Below are positions 10,101-17,799 of a stretch of DNA of 64,000 nt, one piece after another (positions within the stretch are counted from its first letter, which is position 1; the number at the start of each line of letters is the position of its first letter). The notes beneath the pieces were generated by a model. It did no database searches, had not been told where the DNA came from, and saw nothing but the letters and a program-made list of their open reading frames with translations. Made by a program: the position numbers and the translations under genes. Origin of the DNA: an uncultured virus (IMG/VR IMGVR_UViG_3300046387_001330) (lineage: Duplodnaviria; Heunggongvirae; Uroviricota; Caudoviricetes); the IMG/VR virus record IMGVR_UViG_3300046387_001330; one strand, written 5' to 3'.

Positions 10101-12001
10101 ATAGAATGTTTTATCATTGCGAACAATTAGTAACTGCTGATATGTCAGGATGTGCGACATATTCTGCTCTTTCGTCGGGACTGACTAACAAACACTCATT
10201 ACAATTTCATTCGGACACTCAAAGAACCGCAGAAGAGATGTTTGTAGAATGTGGTAGTCTAAGAAATGTTTATTTTTATGAACCTCAGAACTTGATACCT
10301 CCCGGTAACGGTCATCCCTTAAATAATACTGGATTAAATCACACATTCGGTTGGTTAATGGAAGCATCACATATATTCTGGAATTGTTCCGTTTTAGAGA
10401 AGGTATCATTCAAAGGATGTAGACTTGAAACTTGTAAATCTTTATACAATACATTTAGTGGGTGTGTTAGTTTGACTGAAATTAAGTTTCCAGATAAAAC
10501 TACAATTAATATTAATCCGGAAAATAAGTTTGCACCGAATGCATACGTAGAATTTAGAAAAATTCCAAACTCAGTTCATCTTGCCGATACGTTTAAGAAT
10601 TGTAAAAAATTAAGTTCAGTTGATCTTTCATTTTTAAGAGTATTTTTTGCAAAATCAATGTCCGGTGTGTTTCAAGATTGTGAGGCATTAACCGAAATAG
10701 ATATAAGTAATGTTGTATTCCTTAACACAGAACATTCTTGGTCAAGATATCTGTATTCTGTGTTTTCAGGGTGTATTAATTTAGAAAAAATAATTGGTTT
10801 AAATTATTTAAATACATCCCACTTTCAATGGTTAAGTTTTTTATTCTCAAACTGTCAGAAACTTACTGATTTATCAGATATAAACGGATGGAATACCAAA
10901 TCTGTGGTGAGGATGGATGGAACTTTTAGAAATACATCGTCTCTTCAAAAAATAAATTTAAGAAATTGGTGCGTTGAAAAAATCACAGAACCCGATCAAT
11001 TCTTTGCCACCGGTTCTGGAATAGAAACAAGCATTTCAAGACATCCAAGGTGGGGATCATGTCCAACTGAAAATTTAGATTTAGATTCTACTGTATATCT
11101 TCAAATTTTACCACCCACCCCAACACCAACTGTGTCGGCATCATATTCACACTCTGTATCACCTTCTGAACCTTTCCCATCACCAACTCCTTCAGTATCA
11201 GCATCTTATTCTCAATCTGCATCTGCATCGATTGTAATCCAAGAAACATCATGGCCTGATGCCGATGCTGAAGGTATAAGTGAAGAAGATTTTATTGTAC
11301 CTGCTTCAACTTCGGGTAGTGGTAGAATGGAGGCGACACTTGGATGGATAGTTGCTGATGATAATATTGGATGGTTAAATGAAGTATTTCCAGATGGAAA
11401 TGTGCATGAAAATTTCAGAAAAGTTACAAATGAAGCAACATATAGTACTAAATCAGATTATGATGCGTTTGTACTTTTTGGACCCGGAACTGCAAATGCT
11501 CTTGGGACTGAATATCATTATTTAGCAGAAGATGCAGGTGGTGGTATTATAAAAGGATGGTATCGTGGTGGAATAAATTTGCCAAGTGTTTCCCATCTAG
11601 ATGTAGGTCAAAATTACAAAAACGATGGAAAAGATGAATCATTATACTCAGATATACAAAATATGGGTGGGTATTTTTTATCTGGGGGAATAGTGCGTGA
11701 TCATTTTATTGGTGGTAAATCTTTGCTTGGTGATGACGCAACCGCAACTTTTATTGCTGATTGGTCTTCAGAGGACGGTATTGTACCTTTTAAATGGACA
11801 GAATTTAATGCTGGAAATTTTTCCCATTCACGATTTTGTACATCACAAGGACCTATATTTACACAATCTCGTTTTACAATATATCGTGGAAAGCATTCAG
11901 CAGAAGAATTTGCAGGTGGTCCAATAGACCTTCGTGAGATTAATTTTAAAAGTAATACAAATTTATACTTAACAAAAGCATTTGCAGATCCATGTAATTG
12001 A
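1154..12001 (+). CDS. Giant (~3615 aa) modular adhesin/tail-fibre-like protein: dockerin-like N-terminus, FG-GAP-like propeller with an inserted LamG domain, five DUF285/BspA-type repeat cassettes, Pro/Thr/Ser linker, unknown C-terminal domain
   Basis: Start moved from TTG 1097 to ATG 1154 (AGGAGG at 1136-1141, just after the previous stop). Motifs: FGKESVAIYGDYLAVSA, WGRSL..LFVGAP, LTIEFWYR..WNHIAIVH..LYVNG..YIDDIRI, FNQDISGWNTTHITSMKNLF, PPTPTPTVSAS. Confidence 0.8.
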   Translation: MDYKIGDFTGVQESKPDGNITKEDVQLFLNGMKTGLFLDKHQPEFHISNTFQKSPYMGPSFREILKLDCKVEEGGGTFGDDESEELDDLVGPSNTDDVEIEISEIVDDTLVHFGEKGSAIDTYLETIVASVPNAKIKNFFHKSGDATTPVEKNIGYVKIYSFADKLDYSEYDIVLPPVFTNRDEESVPHDLEFGKESVAIYGDYLAVSAFYSRPKADELVEQNPSAKIFIYKKYEGDETNDPGYKFYTVIEDFEFGVEPVLEIHEDLLFASDYRFNFIKVYSLEKLSTLTNYETAIPLSKIVPVDLIKPISGEDFNSEWGRSLVCRDGLNLFVGAPNAIVSYGAPISTGVVQHYALNQSDSLTDPDGTQPNPWKFIQTISLPQSTIPYWASDEKQWYDFHNAYKDGDSDYKDESPKTAGCGWGINDDLGTYFEEEELPPFTCAYYLVADTRMGETIDFRNQKDSQNQIDKGRTYLTIGCPNYFDETDPNAEPTAKDGCTVIFDVSLTYTDITSIQGGQHQLINRIMPNTAPAVKAMEVGSSPGVHFDCDDVSVHIQSELPSQEDLINRGSPLFWDDHNNSLTYSEVTHGDNDGLLLHSAPYAKSYIKVGQGGGTDNATLGDISLQEQPSYLLNDDDLTIEFWYRSQNSNGDTEQFIVGTNDGSESPDSSANAWKLTFNTTSNKFTFLYKNSSYEFNKQSNDEFDNTAWNHIAIVHENNPKSSSEGITENTRTLNLYVNGVQQLSDNTIEYAQRIINSDAGTYLSFVGLKNSSNTFVAGQSCYIDDIRITHGIRYTEAFDRPVSCFAICYFPKGFGASVSMDANYDVYALDNHTGGFISKYERLVSENSSVSWSFREKVSLSKDEPVVGGMTSIYSLDLVYGNKNDLRIYPRTSTIGIHEGENENLAKDIDLSYTISDITAPYDYSVMLKGKGIIDWGDGTQESFDFRDGFKKLAHRYENSADNYVIKIYGVTGWGESEGADSGQSKVTQVNKISENVTELDGAFKGATNFNQDISGWNTTHITSMKNLFSGATSFNQDLSNWNVENVTDMSGMFNGASVFNSDLSEWCVSSLNEQSNFSTDSSLTSEKIPSWGTCNNYIDFYFDTSSLTAPLVIPFTTSFTESDSTGYDLTVTWGEDDPEVFTVENIEQSLNNFANNTTTETISALYPTKTDNIPSNSNYKVRLAIPDAPCKLENIEDVVGETGPEFPSTLFTSPNRIKVKRGDSLIHFNCGNYKSLQEIDLSNAILSNIEYLNFSQCTNLSSIVWPSELDCTNIDSFRTLFYGCDALTDISLENFKNTENVYDATAMFENCTNLTSVDLADFTGENLLYSTSMFRGTKLSNINGQKFNTRKITNADSMFAEMPNFRVFIFGDDWNFDNLESANYMFGFQNRPSSLPTRFIGSMVNAMGPLPKIKSLNGFFKNQIDIQYLGWKDNEPPTFENVTDMTEMYYGVNAVERDILSHTFSKANTINLTKINGMLGCDDVPGAHWYAINGGDNDTKVITDVLEIVGNALNTDKVTHAVGFLQNQKWLGTFDVPMNLTSVLDMSHFFENTQVTNPKFSHDWNASELTTTNYMFKGIQGLRHIFNWNTSKLISANGMFEGTTFSYDPNEFSGIDTFDVKNLKYADYMFKDSNFDENLYMWCANAIESRIGFNENSDLVDDKLPIWDSSECPDDIIFLEHTILANTNDEDNTLRLPVSIGDGGIQIDWGLGNGWETYNKTSDSELLVKNIKSNSGIIKIKGDLKQISFSTTDVYKLLPLENYDFLEDGYGIAKYGDYDADNINYVDYTWYEDYISSTNTKYNLVSNIFGYRYKNSSLNSDLKRIVIRGMSSITSANNMFAKLASTHIDINNWDASNVKSSSKMFLNSQRIVNYSLFQIPAIKEVIKNTIDAKMMFAHANTDVWGSGLNEEIPSQIELNFENAKTIIHLFARLKIIGVTNSSNEDLPNLKLIIPECRTAYQSLATGYTRFDHIEIENSYKLFDINDMFLGATIKTIKFKETDSILTAIRAFYYIKDYYSEVKSINAETIINGTFNGLRNAKGMFEGSYLYKLSAPNFTARSLLCTHSMFAQCRSTEINFPEMESKLENADNMFRSNSHPGDICKAIIFPKISIIGYPIRAINTVYGLFSGRTNLEKIKLKNNFLEPRTELSFFDVFNLFADCKKFNDSSIKNWDVSRVRSFSYWFQNAESFNQKLNRWDVSNGVNFNYMFYGAKSFVGYGLDQWKLFGGDDFSIRKRVDFNHRMINFSYMFANATSFNANINNWGNRIFNGLQNHVGISSYHSTGHQLISTVQINQLNMVNMFENAKSFNRTLASWSLPIKFVQRDIGGTVSGIHKMFKGCSNLNQDFSSWEMSQYGNISKEYIDEIFEDSGVPEHKKIKPKSEIEFYSELDITISGVSKINFGVRCAEDSFTIDWDDGEGEQTISTVPDTGNLSDSSIKFVAVDYESVISEPKVVKIKGPITCVEGIINKNSIVNKNYAWLSDTTYENYDDNEDFKNVVTKIVNRGDALTLTGFFYSNNNYTHIQDSIAEIDYTTADFTNFSFNYYGNQEHRFANKTTFKKPITASGLNNSPFYSINAGGDNRGEVLVKVPDNFDLDELLKNEIKSGSLFANSCIANIDELIGTSTFKNVSIKDHMFGGTRKLPSAELFKQLDFSCTISAEYCFSSIDSDGVSSGGNETIDLSEYDVSNVVTFDNMFNGVANNNITGLENWNVSNGIDFMRMFAYSRDFNKNISSWNMANATNIAGMFERAESFNQNLSNWNLSRCVMANGVFDGTQISNFKLGENKIQTIDLETQSVENESDFSSATYIECNQNNLDLNTCNISSSVAHIKLDTGGEYPFDLSTLQVGNLGSFTLGSNTTISEEKKPKLVQLNTRGIISLSSKAPVATILLEFVDNKKEFEFEVTHDANLKIYWNPNEEPEIIDSANTNIVYSKSQESNFSNVVIQGNITHISFRPKDNTLNGIKYALVHDVTNNIKSFDRMFYHCEQLVTADMSGCATYSALSSGLTNKHSLQFHSDTQRTAEEMFVECGSLRNVYFYEPQNLIPPGNGHPLNNTGLNHTFGWLMEASHIFWNCSVLEKVSFKGCRLETCKSLYNTFSGCVSLTEIKFPDKTTININPENKFAPNAYVEFRKIPNSVHLADTFKNCKKLSSVDLSFLRVFFAKSMSGVFQDCEALTEIDISNVVFLNTEHSWSRYLYSVFSGCINLEKIIGLNYLNTSHFQWLSFLFSNCQKLTDLSDINGWNTKSVVRMDGTFRNTSSLQKINLRNWCVEKITEPDQFFATGSGIETSISRHPRWGSCPTENLDLDSTVYLQILPPTPTPTVSASYSHSVSPSEPFPSPTPSVSASYSQSASASIVIQETSWPDADAEGISEEDFIVPASTSGSGRMEATLGWIVADDNIGWLNEVFPDGNVHENFRKVTNEATYSTKSDYDAFVLFGPGTANALGTEYHYLAEDAGGGIIKGWYRGGINLPSVSHLDVGQNYKNDGKDESLYSDIQNMGGYFLSGGIVRDHFIGGKSLLGDDATATFIADWSSEDGIVPFKWTEFNAGNFSHSRFCTSQGPIFTQSRFTIYRGKHSAEEFAGGPIDLREINFKSNTNLYLTKAFADPCN
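3890..11065 (+). repeat. Five tandem cassettes of DUF285/BspA-type ~25-aa repeats, each with an Ig/PKD-like N-cap
   Basis: N-caps IDWGDG (~3953), VTWGED (~4547), IDWGLG (~6275), IDWDDG (~8396), IYWNPN (~9896); repeats of type MF.xA.xFNqdls.WdvS; C-caps PSWGTC, PIWDSSEC, PRWGSC. Confidence 0.8.
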
Positions 12002-12003
12002 TA

Positions 12004-15000
12004 ATGAAAGAAATAAAATTAAATTCTAATAATAAAACAGAATCAAGATTTTTTTCATTTGGTTCAGTCAATGCATCTGCGTGTTCTGATTTTGCCAATT
12101 CAATTTCAACTTATGGAGATGGAAAAACACGAAAAGCAGTAAATGGATTAAGTGTTCAGTTTTTTGAAGTAGGTGGACGTCTTTGTTTTCACGACTTGGA
12201 TTTGGATGGAATTGCTAGAAGTTATGGTATTAATTTTACTTTAAATGGTATAACTGTTTATGGAAAAGTAACAACGACTGGTAAAATAGTAGACAATGAA
12301 ATAATATATGTTTCACCAACGAACGATATATTCCACGGAAAATTAGAATCCGAAAACGCATTTGAAAACCAATTAACATTGTTTACTTCACATACTGAAG
12401 AAACTGAGAATGAAGAAGAATTAAACGAGTTTCCAGATGTAGAAGAATCTTCCGAGACACCAACTCCAACTCCCACTAAAACTCCAATTAAAGTTGAAGA
12501 AGAGGAACCTGAGTATTCAGACGATGAATATCTTACTCAGATAACAATTGATAATATTGATTTCGATGAATCTGGTATTTACAATCAACGTACAAAATTG
12601 GTGGGAATTGAAAAAGAAAAAATGGAGTATGCGGTAAATCCAGAAAAGAACGATTACATTAAAAAAAATCCATACACAGGAGAATACAATTTTGTTTACT
12701 CAAACGAAGTAGATATTGCAAACTTTCCCAACTTTTATATTCCAGGTGGTAGTGGTGGTTTTTCATATCAGTTCATAATTGCTTTTAAAAAACCAATTAG
12801 CATTAAAAAAGATTCTTTATTAAATATTCATTTTGTGCCAATTGGTGTAGGTTTTGGAACTGCTGGTGGTGCAAGAAACACAGAAACAAATAAACCTACT
12901 TTATATGCAAGTGATAAACAAAATTTATCAGAGCATCGTGCGATCAGTCATTCCTGGCCGGGTTGTGTATGTTGTCCATTTTACTCGTATGGTGCTGATC
13001 ATAGTGTTGGTATTGTAAAAGCATCTAATGATTTTGAAAATATAAAGTATTTAATGTTCGGTGGAATGTTAGGTGGGTGTAACGGTAAACCAAATTATCG
13101 CATGGTTTTACAATCATTTTCAATTTCATCATTAGTCACATACACCCCAACTCCCACATTTACAACCGATCCTAATTGTGTTACAACTGAAAATTGTAAT
13201 GATGTGGGGTTGTTAATAAAAAGTAAAGATAAGCAACCATATAATTTAATAACAGATGATTCACCATTTGATATGGAAATAAATCAAATGGAAGGTCTTA
13301 GATATACAAAAACATCAGACGGATTTAAAGATAGTAATGTATCAATTAAATTTGATGGAAATTGTGAGTATCTTTATTCAGACGATACAGATAATTTTGA
13401 CGGAATACATTTAAAAAATAATGATTTTACAATAGAAGCATGGATAAAACTAATTGCACCTCCCACTCCCACACCCACCAAGTCTATTTCTTATTCAAAA
13501 AGTCCTTCATTTTCAAAAACTCCTAGTAAAACTAAAACTCCAACTCCTACACCAACTCCTACACCGACACCATCAAAGTCTAAAACAAAAAGTCCCACAC
13601 CTACATCATATGCTTGTTTGGTTTTCACCGCAACTGGTGGCACACAGACATACACAGTACCTCCTGCGGTTGGTAAGATATTTGTTCAAATGTGGGGTGC
13701 AGGTGGATCATCTGGTAGATATCAAGCAAATAAAGATGCAGGAGGTGCGGGAGGTTATGCAGAGGGATATATTTCAGTCACGGCCGGAGAAAAATTATTA
13801 ATTGGTGTAGGTGAAACAACGAGTGGTACTGATATAAATACTTGGCATATACCTGGTTATAGTATCGGTGGAACTGCCGGACATGGTGGTGTAGGACAAC
13901 ACAGAGGAGCAGGTGCTGGTGGTGGTATGAGTGGAGTATTTTTAAATTCAATATCTACCGATAATGCTTTGATAATCACAGGAGGAGGAGGTGGTGCGGC
14001 CGGAAGTGGAACAGCACCAAATGCCGGTGGTGGTGGAGGTGGAGGAGAAATGGGCATTTCTGGAAGTCGTTTCGAGAATGATTTAGGAGGTGGTACGGGT
14101 GGCACTCAAACTGCATCTGGAACTGGATGTGGAACAGGTTCTCAATTTAACGGAGGAAGTGGAGATACACTTGGCCAATCAAGTGGTGGGGGTGGTGGAG
14201 CCGGTTGGTTTGGTGGTGGAGGTGGATGTGCATTGGGTGGACAAGACTCAAGTGGAGGAGGTGGTTCTGGTTATTTATCGGACAGAGTATCTGAAGGAAA
14301 AATGGTCGCAGGTGATTCGGGTAAGCAGGGTAAATTAAATACCAAAGCATATAAACCATCTGAATATGTATGTGATATAAATGAAGAGTTGTTATTGAAA
14401 GCCGGAAATCCAGATAATCACGGCCTTATAATTTTTAGTATTCCTCAAACAGGTTGTTATGAAACAAAGTTACCTACTATAAATCAAGATGGATATTCTG
14501 GAAATGGTACTATAAATCGTCCTAATAATGGAAATTTGGCTACTGATGCTGATTTTAACACGGTTACTGGTTTATATAGTTGTACTTGGAACGAGTCTTG
14601 GCAGAGAGTAGAATATAAATTTTCAGATGCAACTGAAACAGGAATTTTGCGTGTAAAACTTGATTTGGCGTGTACTTTGCCATATAAATCTGTATTTGGG
14701 GGTAAATTTGATTATTATGTAAGATATCGTGAAACTCAAACAAGTGATTGGATTTATTTGCTAAATAAACAACTTAGTACCATAAATGAAACTAATTCAA
14801 CAAATTATTATCATCTTGATCAATCAGTTGAGTTGAGTAGTGTTGATAAAGTTCAAATCTATATAAAAGATCGTGGTCAGGGTTCACCTAGATTTAGAGT
14901 ATACGGAGTAAATTATAAGTGTAATTTGTGTATTACACCAACACCAACTCCTACACCGGACTTATACAATCGGAGAACAACCTGTGGTCAACCGTGTGAT

Positions 15001-17796
15001 TCAATGATCAAGTCTAATAAAGATCTTTCAAATGTAGCAGAGATATGGACAAATTATGATCCACTTATTGCGGGTTCTGTTTATAATCATAATGTATCTA
15101 GTCAAATTGTCGGTTGGCCATTTGCTGTGTATGAAACCAGTTCTCAACAAAGTATCCCTTCATTTATTTCTGATTCAGAAACTCATGCTCTGTGGACAGA
15201 AACAAGAAGTGGAAGTGGGTATAATGCTGGATTTTTCATGTTAGAACACGAACCCGAAACAATAACTCCTCATTCGTGTGCAAAAATATCTTTTAAGTAT
15301 CATTTTTTTAGCAAAACCGGTGGTGGTGGTGATGGAATGGCATATGGTTTGGTCGCAAAACAAGAAGATAATTATTTTTGTAATTGGTTTGGTATCACTC
15401 TTCTTAGTTCGACACCAATATCAAGAGAAAAAGAATTGGTAGATGGAAGTTGGTTACGAATAGGTGGAGACGGAACAACAAGTCAACCTGAGTGGAATAA
15501 ACCAACAACTTTTGGTGTATTTTTTGCAAATTCAAGTAGTGGTATCGTAAAAGCATGGAGCACAGATTTTCAAATTTGCCTTCTTCATAAAGAAGTTGCA
15601 ACACCAACACCAAGTAAATCTGCAACAAAAACTTTAACACCTACACCAGTTTTTTCTTGGTACGGAAATGGTAATGGTAGTTATGGTGCAGTTGGTCTAA
15701 TAAAAAGCAAAATGATAAAAGAAGGAATTACGATTTCTCATTTACTTGACGGAGACATCGTTCAATATGTTGGACATTACGAAGGAACACTTGTATTAAC
15801 AAACAAACAAAGTGTTTATTATTTTGGTCGTGTATTCTATTCCACATACAATCTTCAGTCATTTTACAACCCACCCAAGAAAATTGAATTTCCACCTGGC
15901 ATAGCAATCAAGAAAATATTCGGATGTGGTGGTGAATCATATACTTGGAGATTTTATTATATTGATAACAATAATAATTTATACGAAAATTTAGTAACAA
16001 CTGATATTACCGAAGCAAATATTATAGATACCAATGTTGTTCAAGTATCTTTTAATAATAAAGGTGGTTCGGGTGCAGCTTCATTTACGACAGATGCAAC
16101 CACGGTGTATTTGAAAGAAGACGGAACTGTGTGGGGGTATGGTAAAGGATCATGGGGAGAACTTGCAAGAGGAAGTTTAAGTAATGTACCAAAAGAGAAT
16201 CCAGTGCAAATTGCTGGTCCTGGAAAATCATACATAACAGAAAATGAAACAGATTTACTCGGTGATGTCAAAATTAAAAAAGTAGAAATTTGTGGTTACC
16301 ATACTGTTTTTCTAGATGAAAATAATGATTTGTATCAAACTGGATATCAACCGCAGATAGGATGGCCTCCTGCAAGTAAACCTAAAAAGATACTAAGTGA
16401 TGTAAAAGATGTAAACGGGTCAAGTGGTTCTTTGGGTGTAATTACCAATGATGGTTCGGTTTATACACGTGGAAATACTAGGTTTCCATCGGTGTCATAT
16501 ATAGGTCGTAGTGGAAGTTTGGGTGTATTGGCAATAGCATATGATGCAACGATTGATGGTAATTCAAAAGCAAAAGAAATTTATTGCGATTCATTTGGAG
16601 GAAATTTTCTAACAGAAGATAATAAGTTGTATGGATATGGATCATATGGAAATGTAGTTGGAACTAACGGAAAATATTCAGGATTTGCTCCAGAGATAAT
16701 AGATGAAAATGTAAAATCATTTACGGTTGGAATTTACCATATGATTTACAGAAAAGACGAAAATTCACAAATATCTTCACCATCTAAAACACCCACTCCA
16801 ACTAAGACAAAGACACCCACACTAACTCCGACAAAAACAAATACTCCATCAGTAACACCAACTGCAACTCCAAGTGCATCTGCTTCTCAACAAAAATCGT
16901 TTGATAACTTATCAAATGCAGGATGTTCAGACGATTTAATCATAATAAAAGAATACGGTGAAAATAAAGATATGCTTGGAATTTCAGGAATATATAAAAA
17001 TTCCGATTTTCAAGATTTTTCATCTATGGGTGGTGCATATAATCGTTTTAGTGATTTCCACGGAAACTTTAGAAGACAAATTTGGGGATGTGGTATGCTT
17101 GCCGATCAAACTGCAAGTAAAGTTTGGACACCGTCAGTATGTGCATGGGGATATTCAGATTATGCATACGACAACTTTTCAACGAATGCAAATGAATTTC
17201 AGTTTTTTGACGAAAATGATCAAGCAACATCATGTATAGGTGAAGCAAAATCTGTTAATTTTTATCTTAAACCTGAAATAAAAATTCCCATTTCTGTGCA
17301 AAAAATGGAAATTGTAGATTCGTTGTGTGTAAGTGTAAAAGATTTTCCAGAATTCAATGGATTGTATGTAGCAAATAATACAGGTTCACGATACGACTTA
17401 ATTGGAAATGATGGTGAATCTCTTGCATCCTTTTCAACCGATGGTACAAAATGGCAATGGCAAACGAGAACTAATATTTTTGACTACCTATGGAATCACA
17501 CAGAAATTGACAACATTAATCCAAATGTAAATCAAGATACACCATCAATAACTGATGCGTTTGTATCAGTCACGGGTGCTTCAAATACAGATGATGGTGT
17601 ATTTAGTGCAATGTTTGTTTGGGATGCATTTTGTTCTGAGGAACTAAATAAGCAAAATACAATGCAAATGTCTAATTTACACGATGATGGCAAAACACCA
17701 TCTGTTTTTGAAATAAAATATCGTCCGGACGATTGCGAATGTGCATTGCAAGAAATTGATTATGAATATTATGTTGTAGTTGATACGCAGGAATAA
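12004..17796 (+). CDS. Large (~1930 aa) modular tail-fibre/appendage-like protein: shared N-terminal domain, N-terminal half of LamG, glycine-rich domain, RCC1-like repeats, several Pro/Thr linkers
   Basis: ATG 12004 lies 2 nt after the previous stop. SIKFDGNCEYL..DFTIEAWIK; FTATGGTQTYTVP..VQMWGAGG..GGGGGAGWFGGGGG; LKEDGTVWGYGKGSWGELARG, CGYHTVFLDENNDLY; TPTPTPT tracts. Confidence 0.8.
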   Translation: MKEIKLNSNNKTESRFFSFGSVNASACSDFANSISTYGDGKTRKAVNGLSVQFFEVGGRLCFHDLDLDGIARSYGINFTLNGITVYGKVTTTGKIVDNEIIYVSPTNDIFHGKLESENAFENQLTLFTSHTEETENEEELNEFPDVEESSETPTPTPTKTPIKVEEEEPEYSDDEYLTQITIDNIDFDESGIYNQRTKLVGIEKEKMEYAVNPEKNDYIKKNPYTGEYNFVYSNEVDIANFPNFYIPGGSGGFSYQFIIAFKKPISIKKDSLLNIHFVPIGVGFGTAGGARNTETNKPTLYASDKQNLSEHRAISHSWPGCVCCPFYSYGADHSVGIVKASNDFENIKYLMFGGMLGGCNGKPNYRMVLQSFSISSLVTYTPTPTFTTDPNCVTTENCNDVGLLIKSKDKQPYNLITDDSPFDMEINQMEGLRYTKTSDGFKDSNVSIKFDGNCEYLYSDDTDNFDGIHLKNNDFTIEAWIKLIAPPTPTPTKSISYSKSPSFSKTPSKTKTPTPTPTPTPTPSKSKTKSPTPTSYACLVFTATGGTQTYTVPPAVGKIFVQMWGAGGSSGRYQANKDAGGAGGYAEGYISVTAGEKLLIGVGETTSGTDINTWHIPGYSIGGTAGHGGVGQHRGAGAGGGMSGVFLNSISTDNALIITGGGGGAAGSGTAPNAGGGGGGGEMGISGSRFENDLGGGTGGTQTASGTGCGTGSQFNGGSGDTLGQSSGGGGGAGWFGGGGGCALGGQDSSGGGGSGYLSDRVSEGKMVAGDSGKQGKLNTKAYKPSEYVCDINEELLLKAGNPDNHGLIIFSIPQTGCYETKLPTINQDGYSGNGTINRPNNGNLATDADFNTVTGLYSCTWNESWQRVEYKFSDATETGILRVKLDLACTLPYKSVFGGKFDYYVRYRETQTSDWIYLLNKQLSTINETNSTNYYHLDQSVELSSVDKVQIYIKDRGQGSPRFRVYGVNYKCNLCITPTPTPTPDLYNRRTTCGQPCDSMIKSNKDLSNVAEIWTNYDPLIAGSVYNHNVSSQIVGWPFAVYETSSQQSIPSFISDSETHALWTETRSGSGYNAGFFMLEHEPETITPHSCAKISFKYHFFSKTGGGGDGMAYGLVAKQEDNYFCNWFGITLLSSTPISREKELVDGSWLRIGGDGTTSQPEWNKPTTFGVFFANSSSGIVKAWSTDFQICLLHKEVATPTPSKSATKTLTPTPVFSWYGNGNGSYGAVGLIKSKMIKEGITISHLLDGDIVQYVGHYEGTLVLTNKQSVYYFGRVFYSTYNLQSFYNPPKKIEFPPGIAIKKIFGCGGESYTWRFYYIDNNNNLYENLVTTDITEANIIDTNVVQVSFNNKGGSGAASFTTDATTVYLKEDGTVWGYGKGSWGELARGSLSNVPKENPVQIAGPGKSYITENETDLLGDVKIKKVEICGYHTVFLDENNDLYQTGYQPQIGWPPASKPKKILSDVKDVNGSSGSLGVITNDGSVYTRGNTRFPSVSYIGRSGSLGVLAIAYDATIDGNSKAKEIYCDSFGGNFLTEDNKLYGYGSYGNVVGTNGKYSGFAPEIIDENVKSFTVGIYHMIYRKDENSQISSPSKTPTPTKTKTPTLTPTKTNTPSVTPTATPSASASQQKSFDNLSNAGCSDDLIIIKEYGENKDMLGISGIYKNSDFQDFSSMGGAYNRFSDFHGNFRRQIWGCGMLADQTASKVWTPSVCAWGYSDYAYDNFSTNANEFQFFDENDQATSCIGEAKSVNFYLKPEIKIPISVQKMEIVDSLCVSVKDFPEFNGLYVANNTGSRYDLIGNDGESLASFSTDGTKWQWQTRTNIFDYLWNHTEIDNINPNVNQDTPSITDAFVSVTGASNTDDGVFSAMFVWDAFCSEELNKQNTMQMSNLHDDGKTPSVFEIKYRPDDCECALQEIDYEYYVVVDTQE
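13456..13610 (+). repeat. Pro/Thr/Ser/Lys low-complexity linker (further copies at ~11110-11230, 12455-12487, 14935-14958, 15600-15648, 16775-16888, 20918-20995)
   Basis: PPTPTPTKSISYSKSPSFSKTPSKTKTPTPTPTPTPTPSKSKTKSPTPT in the translation. Confidence 0.9.
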
Positions 17797-17799
17797 TTT

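Noticed and set aside
13690..14300. Glycine-rich tract as collagen or PE-PGRS
   Set aside because: It lacks Gly-X-Y periodicity, and matches the glycine-rich polyglycine-II domain common in phage tail proteins.
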